Shown: in pieces, positions 1-9,065 of the stretch
How positions within the stretch are numbered: the stretch's first letter is position 1
How the letters are laid out: each line of letters begins with the position of its first letter
IMG/VR virus record: IMGVR_UViG_3300029922_000013
Coordinates: 86,859-150,858 of that record
Origin: a virus
DNA length: 64,000 nt
Strand: one strand, 5' to 3'
The notes under the pieces: model-generated
The model's database searches: none
Seen by the model: only the letters and a program-made list of their open reading frames with translations
What the model was told of the DNA's origin: nothing
Made by a program: the position numbers and the translations under genes

Positions 1-408
1 AGTTATACAAAAGAAGATTTGAATCTTTCAAAAAAAGAAAGAATCGTCAGAGCTTGTGTAAATCCTTTCTACAAAAACGCTAAGCTTAAGCCATGGATGG
101 CGCTTAACATGGATCTTTTGGAAAAAGCCATAGATTTACATTATCCTGTAATGGAGATTGAAGAAGCCATACTAACTCCTGAACAGGATGCTAAACTCGA
201 TAATATGAAACGAAGAGCTGAGGAAACTAAAGCTCTGAGAACTGCAGATAATTCTGAGTCCGAATATAATGACGGGACAATTGATTTAGCACAAAGTTTG
301 CCAAATATGGGCGATGAAATAGAGCTTACACAGGAGATGTTAGACGCTATGGATGGTCCGGACGTAGTCTACGATGAAGATTTCGAAAAGAAATTAGGAC
401 TCAAATAG
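1..408 (+). CDS. Hypothetical protein, 5'-truncated by the window edge, directly upstream of the helicase
   Basis: Frame is open from position 1 to TAG at 406-408 and abuts the helicase ATG; acidic C-terminus. Confidence 0.6.
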   Translation, partial: SYTKEDLNLSKKERIVRACVNPFYKNAKLKPWMALNMDLLEKAIDLHYPVMEIEEAILTPEQDAKLDNMKRRAEETKALRTADNSESEYNDGTIDLAQSLPNMGDEIELTQEMLDAMDGPDVVYDEDFEKKLGLK

Positions 409-1566
409 ATGAGTCAAGATGTTAATAAGCCCAAAAGTGAAGCTCTTCAGAAGTTACAAGAAGTTCTGGAACGAGATAAAGAACTCGATCTAAGAAAAAA
501 AGAACTTCAGGAAAAAAAATTGTTAGTCGAAACCTATAGGTATACTAACGAACTTGAAAAAATTACTAAAAATGAAGCCGACGTTAATCGGACAGATAAA
601 GTCAATGTCGGTATAATGTCCGATGAAGAAATCGAAGTCATTAAAAATAAAAATCGTGCTTATTTAGAAAATGCAAAAAATGGTATGGACTTTCTAAATG
701 CATGCTTTCGTAAACCGGTCCCATGTTGGGCCGGTAATGTTATTCTGGTGGGTGGCAGAACCGGAGGTGGCAAATCATCAGCATCTGCCAATTTAATTTA
801 CACTACGATTAAACAAGTGAATCTGGTGACAGGTAAAAATCGGAAGGCTCTTATAATAAGTTGTGAAGAAGACACTCTTCAAGTTTTCAATAGACTTACC
901 TGTCTCGTTCATGGTTGGGATTTTAATAACATTGAAGAATTTACAGACGAACAAAAGGAAACACTGATTGAATTTTCTGGTAAATGGCCTAAAATGGGTG
1001 TCACTGTTATCGGAAAAGACGACCACGGGAGAACTGATAGTTTGGAAGGTATTCAGTCAATTTTTCAAAATCTACTGTCCTCTGGAGAACAGTATGACAT
1101 GATCCTGGTGGATTATATTCAGAAGATTGTAAATAGTAAGAAACACATGAACATGCAGCAATTTACAGTCATTAAAGAAGTTATGGGTGTTTTCGATTAT
1201 TATAAAGATTTGTATCCAGCTGTCATTGTCGTAATGTCTCAGCTATCTTCTGCTAAGGCAGGAGATCCAGAAAATGAGATGGATTTTCAAGATCGGTTAA
1301 GAGGTTGCAAAGACATTATTACACCGTGTACCGTGGCTTTAGAAATGGTTCCCGACTATCAAAAACTTAGCACTAAGTGGATTATTAGAAAAAATCGTTA
1401 TAAGGGGCATACCGTAGGTACATTCGTAGAAACAGCCTATGATAGGGGTATGTTTAAGCCAATAAATGATCAGTGGCGAAAGGATGTTGCCGATGCCGCA
1501 GAAAAAGCTAGTCGTTATAACACCATCGGAAAACTTATTGAAGAGCCTAAGAAAGAAGAAAAGTGA
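409..1566 (+). CDS. dnaB: DnaB-like (SF4) replicative helicase
   Basis: Walker A GGRTGGGKS, SCEE, Walker B ILVDYIQ, SQL motif, RKNRY arginine-finger region; N-terminal coiled coil. Confidence 0.85.
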   Translation: MSQDVNKPKSEALQKLQEVLERDKELDLRKKELQEKKLLVETYRYTNELEKITKNEADVNRTDKVNVGIMSDEEIEVIKNKNRAYLENAKNGMDFLNACFRKPVPCWAGNVILVGGRTGGGKSSASANLIYTTIKQVNLVTGKNRKALIISCEEDTLQVFNRLTCLVHGWDFNNIEEFTDEQKETLIEFSGKWPKMGVTVIGKDDHGRTDSLEGIQSIFQNLLSSGEQYDMILVDYIQKIVNSKKHMNMQQFTVIKEVMGVFDYYKDLYPAVIVVMSQLSSAKAGDPENEMDFQDRLRGCKDIITPCTVALEMVPDYQKLSTKWIIRKNRYKGHTVGTFVETAYDRGMFKPINDQWRKDVADAAEKASRYNTIGKLIEEPKKEEK

Positions 1567-1865
1567 TGGAAATAACTTTTAAAGAAATCGAAATAGTTAA
1601 ACTTGACTTAAAACCAGGAGATATCTTGTTGGTTAAAGTTAAAAGCGATGATATAGATGAATCAGTATTAGATCATCTGAAGAAAGGCCTTAAAAGTGCG
1701 TTGCCTGGCATAAAGGTGGCTTTATTTGGGATGTCTCTATTAGATGATATGGATTTTTCCATAGTCAGAGAAGACTCCGTGGAGTGTGGCACTCAAAGTT
1801 ATTGCACAGATTGTAGTTGTGGTAAGAAAGAGCAAAACGAAGCAAAGGGAGAAGAAAATGTATAG
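1563..1865 (+). CDS. Hypothetical protein with Cys cluster near the C-terminus
   Basis: Overlaps helicase stop; CxxCxC near the C-terminus. Confidence 0.6.
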   Translation: MMEITFKEIEIVKLDLKPGDILLVKVKSDDIDESVLDHLKKGLKSALPGIKVALFGMSLLDDMDFSIVREDSVECGTQSYCTDCSCGKKEQNEAKGEENV

Positions 1866-2271
1866 CAGAGAAACTATCAATGAGCTAAATCAGTTGTCCA
1901 AGGATGTGTACGGAGCTTCTAGCAAATGGCGAAAATTGGTCGAAAGGGGAGAAGTAAGACTTCTTACAGAAGAAGAAGTTCAATACGATTCTGAAGCTAA
2001 TAATGGGGAGGGTGAAAGAAAAAATATCACGGTACCCGTTATTTATCATGGACCTAATGGCGGAAAACTTCGTCAAAGTTATATGCACCGTTATGATGAA
2101 AAAACTGTAAAAGAGCATATGCTTAATATTAAAGATCAACGAGATAAGTTCATGGAAATGATTAAGAAACAGCAAGCAGATGCTCAAGCAGCTGATGTAG
2201 CCAAGAAAGTAGAAGAAGCCAACGCGGCTGTAGCAGAGGCTGTTTCAGCAGTTTCTGGTAGTGCAGTCTGA
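1858..2271 (+). CDS. Hypothetical protein
   Basis: ATG at 1858 follows GGGAG and overlaps the upstream gene end. Confidence 0.6.
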   Translation: MYSRETINELNQLSKDVYGASSKWRKLVERGEVRLLTEEEVQYDSEANNGEGERKNITVPVIYHGPNGGKLRQSYMHRYDEKTVKEHMLNIKDQRDKFMEMIKKQQADAQAADVAKKVEEANAAVAEAVSAVSGSAV

Positions 2272-2279
2272 TATTTAGC

Positions 2280-2308
2280 TTGACTTATAATTATATTGGG
2301 TCTAGGAT
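2280..2308 (+). promoter_or_regulatory. Sigma70-like promoter upstream of primase
   Basis: TTGACT-17 nt-TAGGAT in the intergenic gap. Confidence 0.55.
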
Positions 2309-2316
2309 GGTGACAG

Positions 2317-3168
2317 ATGCAAGATCTAAAAAGCCTCCTAGACCTAATGTTTTTACCAGAAGATACGGTGGTTGTTAGTAATAATAAATTCGCTACTCAT
2401 AGTGTTTCAATAGAAACCGTTTTGTCTGGAGAAGTTACCTTAGTAAGCTCTAATCAAAAGGTTTCTAATCAAATTGTTAAAACATCTGAACTAATTTTTT
2501 TAGCTATCAATCCTATCAAAGGATTTCGTTTAGATTCAAATGCTTACAGACTCCAGAATTTTCTTTTAGAATGCGATACTGGGTCCATAACTTCTCAAGT
2601 AGAGTACCTAAAAAATCTAGGTATACCATATTCTGCAATCATATTTAGCGGTTCCAAGTCAGCCCACATTCTAGTGGCTTTAGACACTCCTCTTGATGAA
2701 AAAACCTACAGACTTTTATATGTGTGGATACTACGTATCGGCACACTTTTTGATCAAAATTGCAAAAATCCTTCAAGATGTATTCGTATACCGGGCGCTA
2801 CACGCCCAGAAACTGGAAAACAGCAGACTCTTTTAGAACTTAAAGAAAAGGTGAAACTAGAAGACTTGATGGTGTGGCTAAATCTATATGAGCATCTAAG
2901 ACCTAAAGAGCGTGAACGAAAAAGCTTGACAAACGGAGCAGACCATGACAAACTAAGTCCATGGGTAAAAACTGCACTAAAATATGGTATAAAATTCGAT
3001 AAAGGAAGAAATCACACGTGGCATAGTATATTTTGCGACTTCGCTTTAGCTGGTTATCCTAAAGATCAAGCTATCGACTTTCTAAGTGTCTACTTCGTGG
3101 AGGAATTCGATTTTAAAGAAAAAGAATGGCTTAGAATAGCACAGAGCGCATACGACAAGCATGGATAA
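2317..3168 (+). CDS. Archaeo-eukaryotic-type (RepB/prim-pol-like) DNA primase with C-terminal helical domain
   Basis: LECD acidic motif, FSGSKSAH motif, DQNCKNPSRCIRIPG motif, PriCT-like GRN; close to the helicase. Confidence 0.75.
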   Translation: MQDLKSLLDLMFLPEDTVVVSNNKFATHSVSIETVLSGEVTLVSSNQKVSNQIVKTSELIFLAINPIKGFRLDSNAYRLQNFLLECDTGSITSQVEYLKNLGIPYSAIIFSGSKSAHILVALDTPLDEKTYRLLYVWILRIGTLFDQNCKNPSRCIRIPGATRPETGKQQTLLELKEKVKLEDLMVWLNLYEHLRPKERERKSLTNGADHDKLSPWVKTALKYGIKFDKGRNHTWHSIFCDFALAGYPKDQAIDFLSVYFVEEFDFKEKEWLRIAQSAYDKHG

Positions 3169-3180
3169 AAGGAGGGTATC

Positions 3181-3675
3181 TTGAAAAGAGATGAAGAATT
3201 GAAAAGATTAGTCAAGTACGCTCAAGCTATGAACGTACGCGTATCTTTTAAGCCCCAGCATAACGTGGATGCCGACGCTGATTGGACAACCGATGGAAAA
3301 GAAATAAATATCTATGATTCTTCTAAAAAATCTAAGGTATTTTTAATTTTGTGTCTAATTCATGAGATTGGTCACCATTGTCAATTTATTCACGGGAACG
3401 ATAGAAAAGTAGATGCGAAATTAGATGAAGCGTTAGCTTCAGAAGAAGAGAAAAAATCTTATAGAAAAAGAATTTATGATTGGGAAGTAAAAGGGACTGG
3501 TTGGTGGGAATCTATTTACAAAGACGCTGACTTAAAATTTCCGATCTATAAACTTTATATCGAACGTGATTCCGATCTTTGGATGTACCAAACTTATTAT
3601 GAAACTGGAAAGTTTCCAACAAAGAAAGACAAAAGAGAGAAACGAAAAGAATTAAAAAGGAAATATAGACCATGA
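3181..3675 (+). CDS. HExxH zinc metallopeptidase (ImmA/IrrE-like)
   Basis: LIHEIGHH with downstream Glu (WEVK); GGAGG RBS before TTG. Confidence 0.6.
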   Translation: MKRDEELKRLVKYAQAMNVRVSFKPQHNVDADADWTTDGKEINIYDSSKKSKVFLILCLIHEIGHHCQFIHGNDRKVDAKLDEALASEEEKKSYRKRIYDWEVKGTGWWESIYKDADLKFPIYKLYIERDSDLWMYQTYYETGKFPTKKDKREKRKELKRKYRP

Positions 3676-4247
3676 GTCAAGAAAAGAAGTATCTTGAAAT
3701 TGAAAGTAAGTATTCTGCTGATAACATCAGTAGGCTCGATTTTAAGTCACTTCTTTCGACATTGAATCCCAAGAACTTTCTCTATGTAGAATCTAAAGAC
3801 GTGTACTACACCAAGGGTGAGAATGAGTTTCTTAGGCATAGGAACCGCCCCAATTTTGGGAGCGATGAGCGTTCTGAACTTACCTTTAAAAAGAAACACA
3901 TAAGCACGAACAACATTGTCAGGACTGAAGTAAATTTGAGAGTGGACAAAAATAGTGCAGAATTAGTAGAAGCTTTTTGTAAGGGATTGGGATATGAAAA
4001 GAACTTCTCGGTGGAGAAATTTTGTGATATTTACTACTTTGATGATGGGGACGTAGTGTACTATAGTGTTATAGATGAAGAAGGTAAAACCGCTAGTTTC
4101 TTAGAAATTGAATGCGATGAAGACGCTGATCTAACGGAAGACCAAGCTAGAGAGGTCATCTCTAAATACGAAAAGCTTCTGGCTCCCATAGGAATTACTC
4201 CACAGAAAAGAATGAAGCTGAGTTTATTTGAAAGGTATAGAAAATGA
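3672..4247 (+). CDS. CYTH-domain protein (triphosphate tunnel enzyme / class IV adenylate cyclase-like)
   Basis: N-terminal ExExK (EIESK), FLRHR, LTFKK, RTEVN, LGY, FLEIE motifs. Confidence 0.8.
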   Translation: MSQEKKYLEIESKYSADNISRLDFKSLLSTLNPKNFLYVESKDVYYTKGENEFLRHRNRPNFGSDERSELTFKKKHISTNNIVRTEVNLRVDKNSAELVEAFCKGLGYEKNFSVEKFCDIYYFDDGDVVYYSVIDEEGKTASFLEIECDEDADLTEDQAREVISKYEKLLAPIGITPQKRMKLSLFERYRK

Positions 4248-4492
4248 CTCCTGAAGAAATTGTAGGTTTAATAGGAAATATAGCCAATCGTCAAGATATT
4301 CGCGAGATTCAAGAACGACAGATTGAAGAAATTTACAGTCTCGTCAAAGAATTTGAAGATATTGCTAAGGAATGGCGAAAAGGCTATCTTGATCTAGAAA
4401 TAAAACATAAAGTAAAGGTTGCCAATTTAGAGCAAACTATCGAAGAACTTGAAAAAGATTTTAAGGATCTTAAAATGGATTGGGATGAATAA
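4244..4492 (+). CDS. Hypothetical coiled-coil protein
   Basis: ATGA-coupled ORF. Confidence 0.55.
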   Translation: MTPEEIVGLIGNIANRQDIREIQERQIEEIYSLVKEFEDIAKEWRKGYLDLEIKHKVKVANLEQTIEELEKDFKDLKMDWDE

Positions 4493-4746
4493 TGGAAGAT
4501 GAACAAAATAGTATATATAGAATAGCGGCCAAGGTGAAAAACTTGGCTAGAGGTGATGACGCTCATCTCACGCCCGTAGGTGAAGCTATGTGTAACTACT
4601 ATATTATAGTATTAAAAGATTTTTATGATTTCGCGGAAGATCTGCCAGGATCGTATAAACAAGAGCTAATAGCCTTGATAGAGCATCACTACGATATGCC
4701 TGGTAAGTTGATTAGAGCTGTAAAGCCTAAAAAATCAACTAGCTAA
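4492..4746 (+). CDS. Hypothetical protein
   Basis: TAATG-coupled ORF; last gene of the + strand block. Confidence 0.55.
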   Translation: MEDEQNSIYRIAAKVKNLARGDDAHLTPVGEAMCNYYIIVLKDFYDFAEDLPGSYKQELIALIEHHYDMPGKLIRAVKPKKSTS

Positions 4747-4794
4747 AGCGTCAAAGACAAATTTAACTAGCATGTATATTTCCATATAAAATAC

Positions 4795-4820
4795 TCCTAG
4801 GAGCATCATAACTCCTAGGA
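4795..4820. terminator. Inverted repeat between convergent gene blocks
   Basis: TCCTAGGAG-8 nt-CTCCTAGGA perfect 9-bp stem; no strong U tract. Confidence 0.4.
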
Positions 4821-4840
4821 ATGCTAATCCGCGATTCACA

Positions 4841-7800
4841 TTAGTTACCGATTCTGTAGATGCTTATGGTTGCGGCTACTGGAGCAATAGTAACTGAGCT
4901 ATTTTGGAAAAGAGAAACTGTATCCCCAGCATTTAGTTTTAAAATCGTACCGCCTTGAGCGTATCTATTCACTGCTTGCGTAGTTTCGGCTCTAGAACCA
5001 CCCAAGAGATTGGTAGTCGGTGTAGCTCCACCAGCATTAACTGAAGCGTATCCCTCATAATTTCCATTCACAGCAAAAGCAGTCGCACTAGAAATCAAAG
5101 TACCGTCTGCATGATAAGTGCCACTTTGTGGACAAGTCCAAACGCCAGTGCTCGTATTATACGAATTGGTGGTATCCTCGATCTTGTTCGTAAGGATAAT
5201 TATTCCCGCACTCACGGAAGAACTCGTCGTGTTATACTTCATGGCTACTGTATTGGACCCTGAAGAAGAACTTGAAGACGATCCTCCACCAGAAATGAGT
5301 TCAAACGTTACATAGTTATTCGTAGATGTATTATCTAGAGTAATCGTGTTGCCGGTGCCGTTAGTAACTGTAAGCCACAATAAATCTCCGGCCTGAGCGT
5401 AGAAGGTCGTAGACCCATTAGGGAAAGCTCCAACTGCTGACGTAGTTTGAGCAGAGAATTCCCCAAGTGTAGATGTCGTAGAAACAGACCCAGACTGATT
5501 GGCGGTGAGCTTTATTTGCTGAGACACGGTCATAGTCCCAGTGTTTTGAGTTGTGACAATACCGGTGACCTTCCAATAACCCGTGATCGGAACCGTATAT
5601 TTACCAGTACTAGTCGAATATCCTGCGTTCGTATCGTAAACAGAAGCAGAAAATATAACATTGGTTGTTGCAGTTGTGGCAATGGAAGTATTCGAAGTTG
5701 TGGCTTTTGCAGCTATAGCCCCACTTCCGGAACCTCCCCCACTGCTTCCGCCAGTACCTGCACCGTAGAATTCTTCCACGATGATGATACCTGCAGCTCC
5801 AGTACCCCCAACATATCCAGATCCAGCACCACCACTACCGTTAGTGCCACCTGAACCAATGGCCATCGTATATGTGGGCAATGGATTTGACACAATAGCG
5901 ACAGTCATACCACCGCCACCACCACCTGCTCCCGCCGCGAAGCCAGCCACGTTAGCGAGTGCACCGCTACCACCACCGCCGCTATTAGCGGTGGCATTTA
6001 AGCCGTGCCCAGTAACTGCACTAGAATTTAGTCCACCGCCAGCATAAAGTGGTGAACTACCACCTATACCTCCAGATAAAACGGGTACTGAACCTGATGT
6101 TATCACTTGTTTAGCGCCGCCAACTTGACCACTGAGATTTAAATAACCACCGGTTCCTGCACCGCCAGCTCCGCCATCGTTTGTTCCAGCAGCACTTCCG
6201 CCCGTAGCTGATAACGAAACAGTTCCGCCAGAAAACGTACTGGTACCGCCTCCAGAACCGCCCACCGTTGATGTTGTGCCTGATCCGCCACCGCCACCAC
6301 CACCGCCGACCACAGTAACCCTCAGGTAAGAAGGCGAAGGATTGGATGGGGCCGTATAGGTAGTCCCAGACGTAAGAACTTGAACTGTTGGAGCTTGTGA
6401 GGCAGATGCGGCAGCACTAGTTCCAGGACCAACGTAGAAATCGTCAAGATACAGAGCGAATCCGCCAGCGGGACCAGCTGTTGGATTATAAACTGCTATC
6501 TGAAAACTACCCATATTTGCTGGAGTTTGGAATGATCCCGTACAATAGCCTACACCAGAAATTTGAGTGAAATTGAATACTCCTACGGGAATGATCCAAG
6601 CATTATTTTGGAGATCGTAAATGGCTACCCCAAAAGTATTGCTAGAAGTTCCGGAAAAATTTGTGCCAGTGGAGGTCACGGCACTGTATGCAAAACTAAA
6701 CTGCAAAGTTTTGGATTGATCACAAATGTTTATAGCGACAGCCGGAGAAATGTACATATCCCCAGCATTGGTAGCTCCCGAGGCAGAAAAAGACATGGAA
6801 TATTGACCAGAAAGCTGGCCAGAACTTACAACTGCAGGGGCGTGAGTGTTGGCATTCGCACCAGATCCACCATTAGAAGCAGAAAAGGCAGCATTCCCCG
6901 TTCCCACAGAAGTGGGTAGATTTGTAGAACTAAGAGAGGAATGGGCCAAAGTCCATCCACTGACGTTGTCGTCTTCGAAAGTATTTCCGATAGCCAAATA
7001 GTTTCTACCCAAAACTGGTAAGTTCAACAACTGCCAGTTCCCAGCTTGATAATCGGCTTCAAAACTTACTGAGGAAGAAGTGAACGAAGAAGTTAGAGCG
7101 ATCCAAACATCTTTGTTATAGGTGACACAATTTCCGATAACGTACGGGAAACTTGCAGCCCAAGGATTTAATCCCCCGCTACTTCCTGAACCACCAGTCA
7201 GCAACCAGGCCCCATTTCCGCTATCAGCAGCAGTATCATACGTAAAGATGAAGGTACTGCCCACTGGCATTGTTACGTTTGCCCCGGTTCCAGTTAAAAT
7301 GTTGGTCGGACCAGTAGGAGAATGGTTATTTACGATGGTAGCAAGATTAGAACTTTGATTTGAAATAGTGATCGTTTGTCCATTGGTACCGGTAGGAATG
7401 CCGCTAAAAGTTGTTCCAGATGCAACAGTAGTCAAACGAACAAAGTTGTAGTTCTGGTCCCCAGAAGTTAGGGTCTGATTGGTTCCGCTATAGGAAGTAG
7501 CATCAGTAAAGGCATTGATAATAGTGGAAGCAAGAGCTACCCAAACGCCATTAGTGGTCGTGTTACTTTCCAGTTTTACTATGATAGATGCGCTAGGTTT
7601 TACGGTAAAAAGAGTGGTACCGCCATTATTGTTGATAGTCAAAATTCCAGTTGAAGTATTGTAGAATTCAAACTTTGCCCCACCTGGATTGCCGGAAGGG
7701 GCAGTTGGAAGAGAAAAGGTTGTAGCGTCTGGCAACTGAAATATTTGGGTTGTTGATCCCGTTAGAATCTCAATCTGCGGAGAAAAGTTAGTAAGGGTTG

Positions 7801-7867
7801 TGGTACCTGCTGCTGCGGTAATAGTTGTAATTCTCTCGATCAGACCGCCATATTGAAAAGTTGCCAT
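4841..7867 (-). CDS. Tail fibre / receptor-binding protein with glycine-rich domain and two C-terminal C1q-like domains
   Basis: 1008 aa, T/S/G-rich; VTVVGGGGGGGG glycine-rich domain; YSTSTGKYTVPITGYW and YNTSTGVWTCPQSGTY C1q-like motifs. Confidence 0.75.
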   Translation of the reverse strand: MATFQYGGLIERITTITAAAGTTTLTNFSPQIEILTGSTTQIFQLPDATTFSLPTAPSGNPGGAKFEFYNTSTGILTINNNGGTTLFTVKPSASIIVKLESNTTTNGVWVALASTIINAFTDATSYSGTNQTLTSGDQNYNFVRLTTVASGTTFSGIPTGTNGQTITISNQSSNLATIVNNHSPTGPTNILTGTGANVTMPVGSTFIFTYDTAADSGNGAWLLTGGSGSSGGLNPWAASFPYVIGNCVTYNKDVWIALTSSFTSSSVSFEADYQAGNWQLLNLPVLGRNYLAIGNTFEDDNVSGWTLAHSSLSSTNLPTSVGTGNAAFSASNGGSGANANTHAPAVVSSGQLSGQYSMSFSASGATNAGDMYISPAVAINICDQSKTLQFSFAYSAVTSTGTNFSGTSSNTFGVAIYDLQNNAWIIPVGVFNFTQISGVGYCTGSFQTPANMGSFQIAVYNPTAGPAGGFALYLDDFYVGPGTSAAASASQAPTVQVLTSGTTYTAPSNPSPSYLRVTVVGGGGGGGGSGTTSTVGGSGGGTSTFSGGTVSLSATGGSAAGTNDGGAGGAGTGGYLNLSGQVGGAKQVITSGSVPVLSGGIGGSSPLYAGGGLNSSAVTGHGLNATANSGGGGSGALANVAGFAAGAGGGGGGMTVAIVSNPLPTYTMAIGSGGTNGSGGAGSGYVGGTGAAGIIIVEEFYGAGTGGSSGGGSGSGAIAAKATTSNTSIATTATTNVIFSASVYDTNAGYSTSTGKYTVPITGYWKVTGIVTTQNTGTMTVSQQIKLTANQSGSVSTTSTLGEFSAQTTSAVGAFPNGSTTFYAQAGDLLWLTVTNGTGNTITLDNTSTNNYVTFELISGGGSSSSSSSGSNTVAMKYNTTSSSVSAGIIILTNKIEDTTNSYNTSTGVWTCPQSGTYHADGTLISSATAFAVNGNYEGYASVNAGGATPTTNLLGGSRAETTQAVNRYAQGGTILKLNAGDTVSLFQNSSVTIAPVAATISIYRIGN

Positions 7868-7894
7868 TTTATTCTCCTAAACCTTTATATATCA

Positions 7895-7902
7895 TAAAGA
7901 TT
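7895..7902 (-). promoter_or_regulatory. AATCTTTA putative late-promoter motif
   Basis: 27 nt upstream of the fibre ATG; motif recurs before other structural genes. Confidence 0.6.
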
Positions 7903-7956
7903 GCCGGTTTATCTTTTAACGCTAAATTGCTTACTTTACTAAATAAATTCACATAC

Positions 7957-9054
7957 TTATGGTTGATAACTTGCCAACTGCCACGAAAGTTTGTAATTGG
8001 AGGTGTCTAGTGGCATATTCCAGTCAACTGTAAAAAAGGAAGAGCTTTTGTTCCTAATCAAAATAGGTTGAAATTGTGGGTTGCTATCTGTACTATTTGT
8101 GAATTCTGCCAAAACCACATAATCTCCTGTGGCTAGAGGGGTAGGCAGAGAAATGGTAAGCGTTGTCGCTCCACTTCCTATAGGATACTCCCCTATTTGA
8201 GATATAGCTGCGCTTACCACATAATCTATCGCGTAATCTCCGGTATTTGTAGGATAGTTCCAGGTAGCCGTAAAGCTACTAGTAAGATGTCCAGAGGTCT
8301 TAGCGGTTATGGTAATAGGCTGGTATTCCACTCCGCTGAAAGGATCTAAAAGATTCGTGAATTGGGCCAATACTACAAAACTATTACTGATTTGGTCCAC
8401 CGATAGTGGCACTGTCACGGAAGTAGCACCTAGGCCAACTGGGAAAGTACCGGCTACCCTAGCTGGGGTAACTGAAGTCCCGCTTGAGCTACCACCACCG
8501 ACCAATTGTGTTATGTTACTTTGAGTTAGACCTGAGACCGTTCCAGCATTGTTGAATACGGTTATGTATGCAAATGGAAGAGTATTTGCCGTTGGGAGAG
8601 GTAGTTCAGAAGTTTCATTAACTGCAGCTGCGAGAGAGCCAGCCGAAAAAGAAGGCCCGACAGATATTCCCACGTTAGAGGAAGTATCCAACCACAGTAA
8701 AACCTGCTGATATTGGCCACTAGTAACTGACAGGGCTACGCTAGCACCAGTAGAAGTGGTAACATTTCCAGTAGGTGAAGTTGGTATTGTTGCAGTTGCT
8801 GACGATAAAAAAGGTACCGTATTATTAATGTAAGAGATGCTTCTCTGGATATTTGAATCTGGATTAGAAGGTAGACTCGTGGCTATAAGAACTTCGTGAC
8901 CCAGGTTTATAAAGGGGACCACATTTAGAGGTGGCTCTAATTGAAAATTAATAGAAGTAAGAACTTCTTGAAGAGTCAAACCTGCAGTCGCGGCTATTTC
9001 TGAGAGAAGACCTCTTAATACTATTTGGCGACTATCGATTGGTTTAAATGCCAT
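7957..9054 (-). CDS. Fibre-associated structural protein with two tandem C-terminal beta domains (H-type-lectin-like)
   Basis: Duplicated (F/Y)QPI...WN(Y/M)P...Y module, also found at the C-terminus of 9066-12896. Confidence 0.6.
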   Translation of the reverse strand: MAFKPIDSRQIVLRGLLSEIAATAGLTLQEVLTSINFQLEPPLNVVPFINLGHEVLIATSLPSNPDSNIQRSISYINNTVPFLSSATATIPTSPTGNVTTSTGASVALSVTSGQYQQVLLWLDTSSNVGISVGPSFSAGSLAAAVNETSELPLPTANTLPFAYITVFNNAGTVSGLTQSNITQLVGGGSSSGTSVTPARVAGTFPVGLGATSVTVPLSVDQISNSFVVLAQFTNLLDPFSGVEYQPITITAKTSGHLTSSFTATWNYPTNTGDYAIDYVVSAAISQIGEYPIGSGATTLTISLPTPLATGDYVVLAEFTNSTDSNPQFQPILIRNKSSSFFTVDWNMPLDTSNYKLSWQLASYQP

Positions 9055-9065
9055 ATATTACCCTA

